64,000 bases of DNA from Yuukianura sp. NJ FZ-2021 (Eukaryota). Position 1 is the stretch's first letter, and every line of letters starts with the position of its first letter. The stretch spans positions 7,564,001 through 7,628,000 of the forward strand of contig CM102285.1 of assembly GCA_046563655.1 (NCBI GenBank), given 5' to 3'. Under the pieces are notes generated by a model that was given only the letters and a program-made list of their open reading frames with translations, did not search any database and was not told the origin of the DNA. Below are positions 26,030 to 39,300 of the stretch, in pieces. A program made the translations under genes and the position numbers.

Positions 26030-26494
26030 ACGGCTAGATATCCAATGGAAGAAATGGACAAAATAGATTCATCCAACCGGGCGGATCTTTGCCCTCGGAG
26101 GTATAAAAGCCTTGAAAACAACAAACTGAAAATACCAGAAAGCAACAGTCGTTGAAACAAAATTTAAATAAAAACTTAAACGAAAAGGCAACAAAATTAT
26201 GAAATAATTTATTAATGTAAACAATACAAGAAAAACGTCTGATAATATTTCATAGTTTTCAACTTGATTTTTTTTAGAGTTTGGAGCTGATTTTTTAATT
26301 TCTTCCATCCATCGTCAAGTATGAGGACATTTCTTCCAGTACATATCCATTGGGAGTGGGAATTAAGCCATGGACGTATAAGCATAAAGCAACACTGTTG
26401 TAATCAAATGCAAAAAGTATTAACGGTATACTTCCGCCTGCGTAATATGCGTTTTTGTATTGGCAGAGGCGATTTTTTCACCTGCCAAGACGAT

Positions 26495-26660
26495 AGCGAT
26501 TTGGCCAAAACAAATTGGTCAAATGTGAAATGGTCAGAGGTGAAAAGGCCAGAAGGGAAATGGCCAGAAATGAAATGGCCAAAAAGTGAAAAGTCAAAAT
26601 TTAGAAACACCAGAAAGAAAATTGCCAAAAAGTGAAAAGGCCAAAATATGAAAAGGTTGA
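26495..26660. repeat. About 15-bp tandem repeat (GGTCAGAAGTGAAAA-like), solo arm related to the 46584 foldback element
   Basis: GATTTGGCCAAAACAAATTGGTCAAATGTGAAATGGTCAGAGGTGAAAAGG matches 46594-46660. Confidence 0.7.
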
Positions 26661-27189
26661 ATTTTCAAAATTTTGCTAGTGTAAGTGTTTTCCTTACTTA
26701 AGTTAGGTAAACATCATTGCTTATTTAATTATGCGGCGTATGCCCATGTGTGGATGTGTTTTCATTGTCGATGTCTTTCGTTTCGATGTGTTTTTTCGAT
26801 GTATTGGCATGGACCCAGTCCGTCAATCTGATTCATTTACGCAGTACACTGGTTTATTGCACATAAGCGTATAATGAAGTTTTGAAGAATGATTTCAGCA
26901 GTGTTAAAATGACAAATACTGTTCATGGTGCAAAGTTTTGTCAAGTTCACAAGAATTAATAAAAACGAAAGCGTTGTTTCTCAATGGTCAAAGAAGCAAA
27001 TAAATCCCATGCTCCGCAGAATTTTTAATTCCTTAAACTACAGCTGTTAATCACCGCCAATCAAAAATATGGCTACACAGCAAGCCTTTGGCTAATCTGT
27101 TAAACTGAGATAAGAGTACTGGAAAGTGAATATTTAGTTAAGTTTTGAGCGGTGCAACCGACAAAATATGGGAGAATTGTGTTACGCTA

Positions 27190-28590
27190 CCCTACCTGCA
27201 CAGAAGCTCCTGGGAACGTCCGATTAGAGTCCCAAAATACTATTCGGGACGTGAGCCGTTTGTTCTCTCCCCCGGACCTCCCTCGTATTTTCGCATTAGG
27301 ACATGCCCGCAGAAATTAATGAATCTCCCAATAGTGTCCCAGGGATGACCCGCTCGGAATCAAATAAAGTCATGTGACTTTTGCCCCTACGCAGTTTAAT
27401 TTTAACTTTCCAGATGATCCTAACGCATTACATCACCATTTGCTCACTGCTTTTGTCTATTCTGTCTCAAGTCAGTATGAATTTTAATAATTCTAAAAAT
27501 CAACTAATTTAGTTAAAGTTAACTCGTTTGGAGATTGTTGTCGCAGCACTAGAGAAAACAACAGTGTACAGGAATTCTCACGGATACGATTACTACGGTA
27601 AGTATTTTAAAATCTTTGATACGATTAATTTCAAGTATACCACTCAGACTTTGGACTCATGTGTTTACACAGCAATTACATTTCGGTTAATTTGAGATTA
27701 TTGTTTCATTAGTGGTTTGCAGTCCTACCATTGTTCATTTGAAATGCCTCGTAAAACAATTGGCAAACAGAGACAGGCACATGATTCATCTTCCAGTACA
27801 ATCGTTGGAAAAAGCAAGCGACATTGCAACGTGTGACGAGCTTGAGCTGAAACTTACTGAAGAGGAGTTCAGACAATCAGCTGTAAGTCTGTTCAGCGTT
27901 TCGTTATGAGAATGTAAATGAGAATGTAAAAACTGTCATAACACTATTTTCGTTTGATAGATTGCAAAGCTACTGGAGTTACGAGGAAACAGCTGCTGCT
28001 AAACTGTAAGAGGGATAATGACAGCACTATGGACGGAGGACATGCGTCGACAGTTTAGTCTTCACGGGAGAAAAGGAAAAAGGCCATATTTACAAACCCA
28101 AGCTTACCAATTAGTACTCTGTAAGTTGTTTCTAAAATTTCGGTGATTTTGATTAGAAACTGAGATTTCAGAGGTTTACTGTTTCTTTGATTTCAGATTG
28201 TGCTAAACTTAACATGAGGGTGAAGATGGATGACGCGGAGATACGGAAGGCAATTTCCAGTGTTTTTAGGCATACTTAGTATTCTTGCCATCATTCACTC
28301 ACAGGCAATCCTTTTAATTAAAATAAAATTATTTTTGTCAAAAAAATGTAAACTTTGATTTTATTTATTATTTTTCGCGCGTCTAGAATGTACACGTGGG
28401 TTAGCTCCATGGTACATCCCAAAACGATCTCCCATGGAGCAAAAAGAAGTTGGTCCCAGGGAGTTTGAAAAGTGGGCATTTCGGATGTTTACAGGCAGTT
28501 ATAGGGAGTTTCAGAATATCCCTGGGATTTGATTGGGACATTCGGTTGAAATCCACGGGATGTTCATGGGACGAAGTTGTGCTAACTGGG
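27190..28590. mobile_element. CACTA/EnSpm-like (CCC-ended) non-autonomous element carrying a DUF4806-like gene relic
   Basis: Imperfect TIRs CCCTACCTGCACA / TGTGCTAACTGGG, TA on both sides, and GGGA/TCCC-rich subterminal repeats. Confidence 0.55.
27712..28279 (+). pseudogene. DUF4806-like transposon-associated protein relic, spliced, with an in-frame stop
   Basis: Exon-like pieces: HLPVQSLEK..CDELELKLTEEEFRQSA; then (27961-28120) IAKLLELRGNSCC*TVRGIMTALWTEDMRRQFSLHGRKGKRPYLQTQAYQLVL; then (from 28197) AKLNMRVKMDDAEIRKAISSVFRHT*. The pattern resembles DUF4806 as I recall it; no search was run. Confidence 0.55.
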
Positions 28591-31500
28591 TAGTTTCCAT
28601 TTGAAAGTTAACTTATATTTATTCTCGACTTTGCCTTTATGCGACAGTGAGCCAAATAGGATGGCTGCCTAAGTGGCAAATAGCGTCAGGGGAATAATCA
28701 AAGAACTAGCGCAAAATGATCTCTGCGAGTAGACTATTTCGCTGCTCAAAATTCAAGACAACGACGCTACAGAGGATATTTTTCTCTGTCCAGGAACTTG
28801 ACAGTTTTGTCCCACTGGTGATATTCTTAAAAAATACTACTTGAGCTTGTCTTGAAAATCGGAAACGAACGCAACCTTTAATATTAAACCTAAGGTCATG
28901 ACGCAATTTGAATCATAGAGTTACCAAGGTAATTTTTTTTTCTTTTAACTAGAGTGGACATTTGGCATTTTTTAAACAAAATTTTTGAAACATTTTCAAA
29001 GTGGACTGGAGTGGAAAAAAACCGCTTTCATCCGCAGGTTAAGCATGCTTCACACAAAGAATCAAATTTGGTTGTTCATTTTTCAAAATTTCTAAAGTTA
29101 TAAATAAAAATATGAAAAGTAGGTTTTTGAGACAAAATATCTGCCCATATCTGTTGTGATAGAAATGGTGACTACTGGTGAGCCTAGAAGACGTGACATC
29201 AACCCAAAAATTTCTTCTCCAAGATAACATCCAAAGTAACGCGTTTTTGGTAAAACTTAAACAGTTGATCCTAATTACTTAATCTACGTTCAACGGAATT
29301 GAACGAATTACCTAATTGTCATAGGTATTAGTAATGGTAATTGCGTTATAACGATTACTCTTCCCAAAGTGGATTTACTGTTGGGATAAAATGAGTGTGT
29401 AGTTTTCTGAGAAATGTATGGTTTTTGCGGGAATGTTGGTTTAAACCGAAAAACCGGTTGAAGTAAACTGGCGCCGCGCGCCCGTTCAAATTTTCGCGCT
29501 GCCTTTATTTAAATCAAACGAAAAAACCAGCCACCCTTTATGGGTACTTACCTAATCAGGGCACGACCAAGTTCATGTCACGTACTAATTTGTAATAATG
29601 ACTACAAAACTTATTTTCAGGCAGTAGTATTATCTCCAATGTATATTGAATTCGCGAATCTACACTCTGACGTGAAATAATATCTTGTGTGAACCAGGCT
29701 TAAGTTTCATGAAATTGAGTCAGTTATCAAGAGAAACGTTAGCAAACAATGGTTTCAAAAATTTTGTTTAAAATGGTCCAAATGTCGCATCTAGTTAAGA
29801 AAATTTGTTATTTAAAAAATCTTTGATTTGAATCGTCGTTGCGTAATACCATTTCTAAAGATGGAGTTCGAAAGGAAAATAGCGCTGTATCCCTGTACTT
29901 GCTGATGTGAATTTGAATTAAAGCGGCAGAAGTAACTGAATTATTCCTTGAGTGTAAATTCTTTATTCCCGACAAACACCCCAGCCAAGGTTGCTATAGC
30001 AACCATCCAATACAGAACTAATCTACAATAGGTTGTCGTTTTTTTAAAATAGTTTTTTTTTTCACTGTTTTTGCTTTCAGCAAAAAGTTGCTGTAAATGC
30101 TGCTGCAAGGAATTTTATTTTGGTAATTTGATACCTATGTGAACGTGGACGTGTCTAAAACTGTGAAATGTATTAGTTTTAACACGACTTTAAGGGAAGT
30201 GGAAACTCCAGCAGAATTCTGTGATAGAAGCTGCTTAGAAGTATTTTGCAAGAACTTGGAGGAAGAGCAAAGGAATGACTTAAGAAACATTTTGAATTTT
30301 ATCAAAAATTTAATTTAATTCTTCAAGAAGTAAAATGTTGCAAAACAAATTGAGAGACTGTAGGTAGGACTACCCATAAGCTGATTCTCCTCAGTTGTCG
30401 TGGTGAAAACAGAAGAAGAAGTTCCGCCAAAAGTAAGTGACGATGCTCTCCGCACGGACTAATGAAATTAGTTTTGCTAAACCCCACTACTAACCGCAGC
30501 AGCCACAAAAATTTGAAAATCAAAAAAGAGGAGAATGAGCTTGTTTTTTGAAAACCGTAAATTATGACTGCATAACTTAATTTCTTTTGTGTAGTAACAT
30601 ATTATTCACTCGATGAGACTTTCGTACAGAAGCTGTTAGTTACCAATACCAACGTTCAAACCCATACTGTCACAACCAAGGTTTGTAAACAAGAAAATAG
30701 TTTTTTCTTCAACAGGTTAGGCAATAACTCTAGCGTTTTAAATTTTGTTCAAAAATTAACAAAACTTGGTTCACCGTGCCTTCCTATGGTAATGATTTAC
30801 ATGCAATCAAATGGGATTCGGTGAAAATTGGGGGAAAAAATTGTTTGGAGCGAATTTTTTCGTAAGCATGACTTATTGCCAAACCTCTTAAATCAAATCA
30901 ATTTCGTTGCTATAGCAACCTTGGTCACAACGTTGTAATTAATTATTTTGGCTTATTTTCAAGCATCTTCGAAACACAGTTTTCAGAAAAGTTCAGTTTT
31001 TATAGGTTTAAAAAACATATATCAGGTTAATTCACACTACCAAACTTGAAAAGGTGAGGTGTTTAATATTAAGCGCGAAATTTGAAAATGGCTGGAAAGA
31101 GACAATGGGCAGAAAATTCTGCCAGCTTGGCAACTTTCTCCTCATTATTTCCCAGGGCACAAGTGCTTTTTCCAGTAAGACTTTCGTCTGCACTCCAGCA
31201 GAACGGTCGAGCAGAAGCTGGAGAAAGTTCAGCGTAAACGCGGCGGGTTTGAATGTTGGCGGGGAAAGCGCTGGCTGTTAAGCGAGCAAGCGTTGAGACG
31301 CTGGGATCCGCCTCTAACGGATCCACCGTCGCTTTCTAAATCTAGTGGAACTAAAATCTAGATTCTGGAAGCCACGCACACGTTCCAGGATAGCAAAGAG
31401 AAGGGGATTTCGAAGTGAAAGTTGATCACTTCCAAAGTCAGTGTCAGTTCTGCCTTTGAGACGACTGGAACCACCGACTATTCCAAAAACCACCCAGTGT

Positions 31501-32075
31501 CATTGCTTCAACGAATTAGAAAAGCAATAGTTAGCAATATAGTTTGAAAAGTAAAAGTTGTCATTCTTATACTATAGTAGATCTGTCTTGGTGGTGTTAG
31601 AGGGAAAGTTGGAACCGATAAAAGCTACAAGTCTTGAACCTTGTCACAAAACCAAGTGTGGTGGTGTGGTAGCATTCGTAATGCAGACAGTGTTTTGAAT
31701 TTCTGACTTTTGCGAAACCGCTATTAGTTTTGTGGTTACAGACTGTGAACAGTGAAAAACCATTGTACTCTCCTCAAATTCGATGATTCAAATAAATTAG
31801 CGAAGATGCATTTCATGCCATTTTGGATTTCACATTTAATTTTAGATAATTGGTTTCAAATTAAACAAAGTCACTGAAATTTATCTGAAAGAACGTGGCG
31901 CAGTGGTTACAAAGCACCCATGGACTCATACCATATGTACTCATACTGAAACACTCAAATTACCTTAGAGTTCAGCTGAACAAAGATGCTCACTTCTAGT
32001 TTTATTCCAATATTTTGAACAGAAAACCAAGGCAAACGGAAATATTTTTTCAAGAAATAAGACTTGCAGAAGAAT

Positions 32076-34661
32076 ATGAAAGCTCCTTTGAACAGCTACT
32101 GGGTCCTTTCTGTTTACTTTTTATTGAGCGGTAAGTTTTTACCCTAATAATAGTAAGTCAGTCTACTTAACAACTTATAGATGTTTGTTGGTAAAATGGA
32201 AACACTTAATTTGAACTTTGGGACTGATTGGTAGTAAAGGTCATATCATTGCAATTACAAGAAGATAACACTTAAATTTGTGGGTAGAAGTGAAATGGCC
32301 GTTTGGAATTAATCCCAGAACAGCGAATTTCTTTACTTTCACCATGCACCACTCCTATTAATCTTCATAACTTTCACGCCTATTTCTTATCCCACAACTT
32401 CATACTAGCTAAGTCTTAGGCAATGTACCATAGGGCACTGAACTTCTGTTTTGAAGCACATATCCATAGGATCATTGAACTTGTAACTAATGGGAGGTTG
32501 CGACTTGAATTTGTATGGGCAAGAAAAGACGAGATTTTAGATTTTGAGTCTGATTTTGACTTAAAGTGGAAGCGAAAGCAAACAAGGTGAAGTTTGTGCA
32601 ACATCGAGCACTAAATACATCCAACGTCGAAAATGTTTTATAAATCGTTAACCCTTGAAAAAAAAATTCAACAGACTTTGCGATCCGGATCCAACATTGA
32701 AGGAATTCCAATTTTCCAGTCTTCATTTTGAATTACAAAGTTAAAATTATTTTTTATATTGAGTTTTTCCTTCAAAACTTTGAATTGTAAATTACAGAAG
32801 TGTTTGTACTTGGTCTTCGGCTGGAGGAAGTAGTTGTTCCCCTGACTGGAGTATTCGGGGAGTCGGTGACACTGCGATGTGACTTTGATATTGAAGCTGA
32901 CCAACTGCTGTCCGTCAAATGGTATAAAGATGACTACGAATTCTTCAGCTACTCTCCCAACAGAGCACTCCCCAGCCAGCGTTTCCAAGTCCCAGGAGTA
33001 TTCGTCCAGGTAGAACTAATTTAACATAACTCCACGGTCATTTCTCTCACGTTGAAACTTATATGATTTACCCTTGTCTGCTAGAGCAACGCCACAATGA
33101 ATAGAATAACTCTTACCAATCTGACCCTTCAGTCCAGTGGGAACTACAAATGCGAAGTCTCGGCAGAACGTCCTTCCTATCGAACTTTGTCCAGAGATGG
33201 AAATATAACAATCGTTGGTTAGTTTTATTACAAGTTTTGAGCCCAATTTTTGTAAAATGTAATTTTGTTGCTTTTGATTTACAAAATTTCAGTTCCACCG
33301 TATCCGGATGCCCCACGCCTAAACAATATTCCCTCCACGGTTCGAACGGGTGAAACAATCAGTGGGAATTGCACGTCTTTCAGAAGTAGTCCTCCCGCTA
33401 CACTTACTTTCTATATCAACAGCCACAAGGTAGCACGTCCATCGTATCATCCAACTAAACGACTTCACACTTTCTAAGAACTTTCACTTTACCGACTTTG
33501 CTTCTTCAACGAAGCAGCGCGATCCCAAAAGATTCGAAAGTAGCAATCACGTTTTGGAGGTTTCCAAATTTTTTGTGTTTTGGAGCCATACGGTTCCATT
33601 TGTTTGACAATTTAGTTATCCTTTACCACTTTGTTTTTTTTTTTTTTGTTTTTTGAGGAGAGGAAGAGGCGATGTGTATTGAAGGTCAACAAAAAGTTTC
33701 GCGAATCTAGTACGTGAGTACGAAACTTGGCTGGCTGAAGTTAAACCAGAACGCAAACGCTTGCTTCCTTCCGTTTGTCTACGTGGAATTGATCAGTTTA
33801 AGAAACTGCTTAACCCAACAAAGAATATGGAACAAATTGTCGCCTAACCAATTTCCAAACTTTTTTTAATAACTGCTTTTGGAACCGTTTTTATTTTGTA
33901 GGTTGAGAGTCCAGAAGTAATTAGTTATGTTCCAGTGGGGGACAACTGGGTACGCCAAAATGAGTTAATGGAACTTTACACGTCAACGCTGGGTTTAAAG
34001 TTTACGGTGGGAAACGAACACTTTCGTCAAGGGGTCATCAAGGTCAAATGCTCAGCCAAGGTGGGTAACTTAACCAAACTGTACTCGACAGAGGTCACAA
34101 TCAAGCACCAGAACTATCCAGACACTTTTACTGGGATCGGATACACTCAAAAACCGAATTCAAGTAGTAAGCCTTTTCAATTTTTATTACACTAACAAGA
34201 CTCAAATAAGTATTAAATTCAACATTTTTGAATAATTGAGACGCTAAGTTAGTAATAAATAAATTACCGCCACTGTTAAAATTCGCCCATTTCTGCAGTT
34301 ACTCTCCGAAGTTGTATCATGGCATATTGTAAATTGAGCAATACCTCAACATCTTAAGTCTTGTGAAAAATGCGCGTATTAGATTGTAAAGGGTTCAAAA
34401 ATTACAGGAAGTTGATGTTAAAACAAAATCTCGTAAAAGAACTGCTGCTCTTTCTTACAATCTGTTTTTATTTTAGAATAAAATGCATATTCTTTTTTTA
34501 CAAAATCGGAACATTTAAGTGAAGGATTATGTTTGGTTTCAAATAAGACTTTTTTGAATGCCGTCTAATTAGTTTTCTTGTTTCTAGATGTGGAAGCTGA
34601 AACGAGCGGCTACCTCGTTCTACTCTCCCTCTTCACTTGGATTACTTCCAGGAAAGTTTAA
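32076..34661 (+). CDS. Beaten path (Beat)-like two-Ig-domain cell-surface protein, copy 1
   Basis: Exons 32076-32130 (signal peptide), 32798-33009 (VTLRCDFDIEADQLLSVKWYKDDYEFFSYSP), 33085-33217 (SGNYKCEVSAERPSY), 33293-33429 (GETISGNCTSFRSSPPATLTFYIN), 33902-34166 (TSTLGLKF..HF..GVIKVKCSAKV), 34588-34661 (hydrophobic C-terminal tail). Confidence 0.88.
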
Positions 34662-36234
34662 TTAGGAATTTTATTTGTGTATCTTTTGGAAGTAACAAGG
34701 GAGAACCTGGCGCAGCAAAATCTTTTAGGTTGCGACTGCGAGCGAGGGTTGACCCCTCGCTCGACATGGCTTAGGGGTCAAAGGTCAACCAACTTCAAAG
34801 TACCGTCCCAAACCACATTCTAATTCCACTGGACTTAATTTTTCGTTCCTGTTTCTGTTAAACATTTTACGCAAGGCTTGAAATGATTACACTAAACCAT
34901 AAGATATGGCCAATGCCTATGTAGTTCCCAAAATCCAAGTTTTAATAAAATAAAAAGAAAATCTTTGTTTAGATGCCACTGTTTCCTTTTCCTATTGCTT
35001 TTGGAACTAAATAAAAACAACTGTTTTTGCAGCCCTCCTTTTGTTTTTGTGTAACTTTTCCATTTCACACAAACTGTGTTTGTATTAACTCCTGTTAAAC
35101 CAATGAACTCGAAATTAGCAGAATTAACGGCGTTATTGGGGAGTGTCAGAAGAGTCTTGAAAGGAGCTTAGGAACTTACTTGCTAATTGATTCCACACAT
35201 GCAACTTGCAACGCGGAAATATTTGGGTGTGGTGTGTTTTTTGGGAAACGGAAAGTATGTAAAACGCCAGGTAAACAAGTAGGAAACAGGTCATTCTTTG
35301 TTCATGGTACAAACAAGATTTCAATGTTTTTAGAAAATGAAACACTAGAAAATAGTGTAAAGAACCGTGTCCAGTTTAAAATTTACGAACATGGGCGTGG
35401 TCAACTTAACTCCGCCACCCCTCTTACTTGCTGACAAACTTTAACTCCATTGCATAAAAGAACTTGTTCGACAGAGTAGCCTCTCTAACCTAACTTGACA
35501 ATCTTTCAAATTCGTAAGTCTGGAAGTTCAAATTTTTTAAAAACAAACCTGGAAAATGGTCTGCACCAAAATTTTTAATTCATGTTATTTCCTAGCTTAA
35601 CCAGGTCCATCAGTGGTCGACGGGGCACATAACGTCAACATGAATCTTCGGCCATCCTGCGTGAGTGATGCTGAGTGGCCAAAAACCATGCGGGTGCCAA
35701 GAAATAGTTAAGTTTTTCATGGAACCCTCTGCGTGCATTGGAATCATAAAAACTGGCCATGGGTGAATCTTTGCCATTACATTACGTAATTTCTGGATGT
35801 TCCTCGAAGGGCATCCGAACTTCGTGCAATGATTACATCCCAAATGAGGATTGAAAGTGGAAGTGGCGGTGAATGTAGCAGAAAATGAAGGGGATAGCGG
35901 ATTCTGTGTGTGATGAGACATGATTTGATTTACGGTCCGTGCTTTCACTTTTCACTTCCGCTTTAGTAGCAAAAAGCACACCGTCCGAAATATGTCTTAT
36001 GACTCCAAAGTATTCCGTTCCATTGAAAACTCGTTTCCTTTTACTCTGTTATGTTCTTTCTGCAATGGAAAACCCAGAACTTTAGCTTGCAGAACTGCTG
36101 AAAACCTTGTGTTCTTTTGACGTCTATTGCTATTAAAGTTATAAACGAGTGCGAATAATGCGGGGCTTCAGGAGGAAAGATCTAGCCTGCACGTTCTCAG
36201 CTTTTTCCTACAAATAAATATTTTCATATATATA

Positions 36235-36269
36235 AAATATAATAATATAATATAATAATAATAATAATG

Positions 36270-36302
<33 letters not shown>

Positions 36303-36370
36303 TAATATAATAATACTAATATAATAATAATAATAGTATATAATATAATAATAAATAATATAAAATAAAT
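36235..36370. repeat. (AAT)n microsatellite
   Basis: Directly visible. Confidence 0.95.
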
Positions 36371-39300
36371 ACATCGCGCCATTTCAAAAAATTTGTCACA
36401 ACGCTAACGATTAGTCAAAAAATTTGCAATGTGCTGAGCAAGGCTCTGTTTAGAATTGAGATTAACCACGGGGAACACTCACATGCGAAAGTGGTGAGCA
36501 GATCTCAATTGACGAATTATAATTTCGAGGTGGAAAATAAGGTGTAAGTTACTTATGGCAACATATTGCAAAATACATTTGTTTAGGTTAGTGCAACAGC
36601 AGGAAAGCATACCTTCATGAGTGCTTTCTACCATGTTAAAAGGTTGTAAAGAAGTATGAAATTGAAACTTTGAGAAAGTTCAGATGGAAAGCAAGCAAGC
36701 AGAGTAAGGAAAGTTTACAATTTTAGAAAAGTACGAACTAGGAAGCGAGTTTTTCTTTTTTAGATTTTTTTTTCGAAAAATGGGAAACTCGACAAGACCA
36801 TTTCTCAACAGCTTCATTAAATAAAAAAGACAGTGAGACAGGTTACAGTTGGAGAAAAGTTTACCTTCCCTCGATCTTGACTTTTCTGTTTTCAGAGAAA
36901 AATGAGAAAAATTCATTCCTGCTTCCTGTTGCTTGACAATGCGGAAACATTCGTTCCAACAACGCAAGCTACACACGCAGAAGCTTTTAACATTAGACTA
37001 GAATGCAAAAGAACTTAAAACAAAAAAAAAGTTCAAAAGTTAAAGGCAGTTTGGTACTGCGCATTCTATAACTCTGCCTGTTTTGTCATAATGAGTGTAT
37101 AGAGATTTTATTATCATGAGGAAATCTTCTGCCGAACGTTTTCATTTTTGCAACGAAGCAGAAAAGAAGTGATCCAGATATTTTTTTTCATTTTTATGCT
37201 ATTTATATCATTTCAACTTCAATCATTTCAACAAGGTACTATGCTTCAATATTGCGATTCTCAACTTTTCAGACAAAATGCCATCGCGATTGAATTTTAC
37301 AGAAAAAGGAGGGGAAGCACTACATTTCCCGCGAAATCCTAGGAGACGCGTAGTATTAATAATTCCAAGTTGGAAATAAGGAATAAATTGGACGCTTTCT
37401 CCTTTTTTTTTTAAAAGAAGTCCGTTTTTATAAAAAGAATGTGAAACAGGGGATGCATATTATCCTTATGCTAATAATGCACGCTCTTCTTTGCCTTTGC
37501 GTCTTATGATTCAAATTTACTTTACACAACCATAAGCACTCTGCCGTGACTGACGTCGAAAAAAAAGGCAGTTGGATACCAGCGCTAAGAGGAATATCGC
37601 TTTCTCTTTTTATTTTCCAACAATTTTGAACATTAGGCACACTCACTACTACTTGCTAGCGAAAAGCTAAGTTGCATCCTAAACACTTTTTTCTTCTAGA
37701 AAATGGCAACTTTAAAGAAATAAGAAGGAATGGAAGAAGCTTTGTTGCATTTTTGATTTCTCCAGGGAAAGCACGTTTCGTCCCGTCCCTCTTTCTACTT
37801 TTCGTCTTCTTCATTTCTAATCTCATCTTAAACTTTACATTTTATTTTCGTGGAGTGGGATTAATGTCAATTTGGAAAAATTTGAATGAAACGGTCAGTA
37901 AATGAGGAAACACTGTAGAGGTAAAGGTGTTTAGCAATTACGTCAAGCGATTGAAGACATTTAAGCAGGTGGGGCACAAACATTTGGTGAGGTGAAATGG
38001 CAGCGTTTGATAGGTAGGGAATTTCTGCAAATTTGAAGTCAGGCCACCGTTGATATAAATTATGTTGATACATTTTTTTTGAAGAAGCGACGCACGAGAA
38101 GAAATTAGAAGAAAAGGAAGACGTAAATGGGATTTTCATGTTTGGGAGGGGCAGTTCAGTTGTTAGAAAGGAAGATGTGGGTTATAAATTTTGTGGAAAT
38201 AGTTTTTAGGTGGACTAGTCAAATGTACTTTGCCCATGTTCAGTTAATGTAATACTAAATGCTTTCACTGCTTTCTCTTCTTCTTTTCGTCTATAAAGTG
38301 CAGAAAGTTTTTCTAGAAAAAAAATTAACTCTAAATGCAGTTCGTTTTCATTACCTAAAATTTCGATAGAAAAAAATCACCTTCGAGCTGAAGCATTCCG
38401 CAAGACGACACATAAATTCACTTGCAAATGGCTTGAAAATCAGTTCTGTTAAAATTTTTTAGTTGTGCAAGTGGAATTTTTTGGGCAAAAGAAATTAAAT
38501 GTTTTTCCGTATCGCGTTAGTTGAATTCAAAATTTTACTATCCGAGCAAATGCTTTTACTTTCTCTGTTACATCTATCGCTTTAGAGTCTAAAAATGTCA
38601 GGCTAGCTCAAGAAAAATCAAATCAGAAAGCTTAACTTTCTTTAGGATTTCTGGAGGGACAAAGGAAAGTCTTCTGCAAGACAAAAAAGAGTCAAGATTT
38701 GAATTTTGGTGAACATGGCTCCGCGCCAAGAGGAGTGGTCATACGTTATTTTCTATGCCGAATCACGAAGGATCTTGGCTTCAAGGAAACTTCCTATCTG
38801 ATCAGACCAAACGTCCAAATCCAAAATTTTGTTCTTTCAGGGCTTGGCAAAATGCGTCACTTTTTTCAAGAAAAGGCAGGAAGCGAACTTTGTTCTTGGA
38901 AGAAGAAAGTAGAAAAAATGCAACGGACGAAGGGAGATGTAGATTAAACATTGGAAAGGAAATGGGCGAAAGTTCGAAATGGAAAGACAGGAGCCATAAA
39001 TGGAAACGCAGTCTTTTGGAAGGACCAAAAAAGTAAAAGAAAAAGATCCAGGCTCACTTTGGTATAGCTAAAAGCATCATTCAAATAAAAAAGTGTGAAA
39101 ACAAATAGCAATTGTATTTTAATCTTACACTGTGAAATGCACGAGTCTAGTTCTGTTTTATTAATTAACTTGCCTTTGACCACACAGAAGTATTTCGCTC
39201 TTTATAAGTTTCAAAATTTTGGGAAATAAAATTTTCAGATTGTATAAACGATAATGGAAGGAAGACATTCTACCTTGTGTCATATAATTTTTATGAATCC

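Noticed and set aside
26321..26635. 104-aa ORF with KWSE/KWPE repeats
   Set aside because: It spans a MITE end and a 15-bp tandem repeat.
36168..36374. Poly-Tyr ORF
   Set aside because: It is a translation of the (AAT)n microsatellite.
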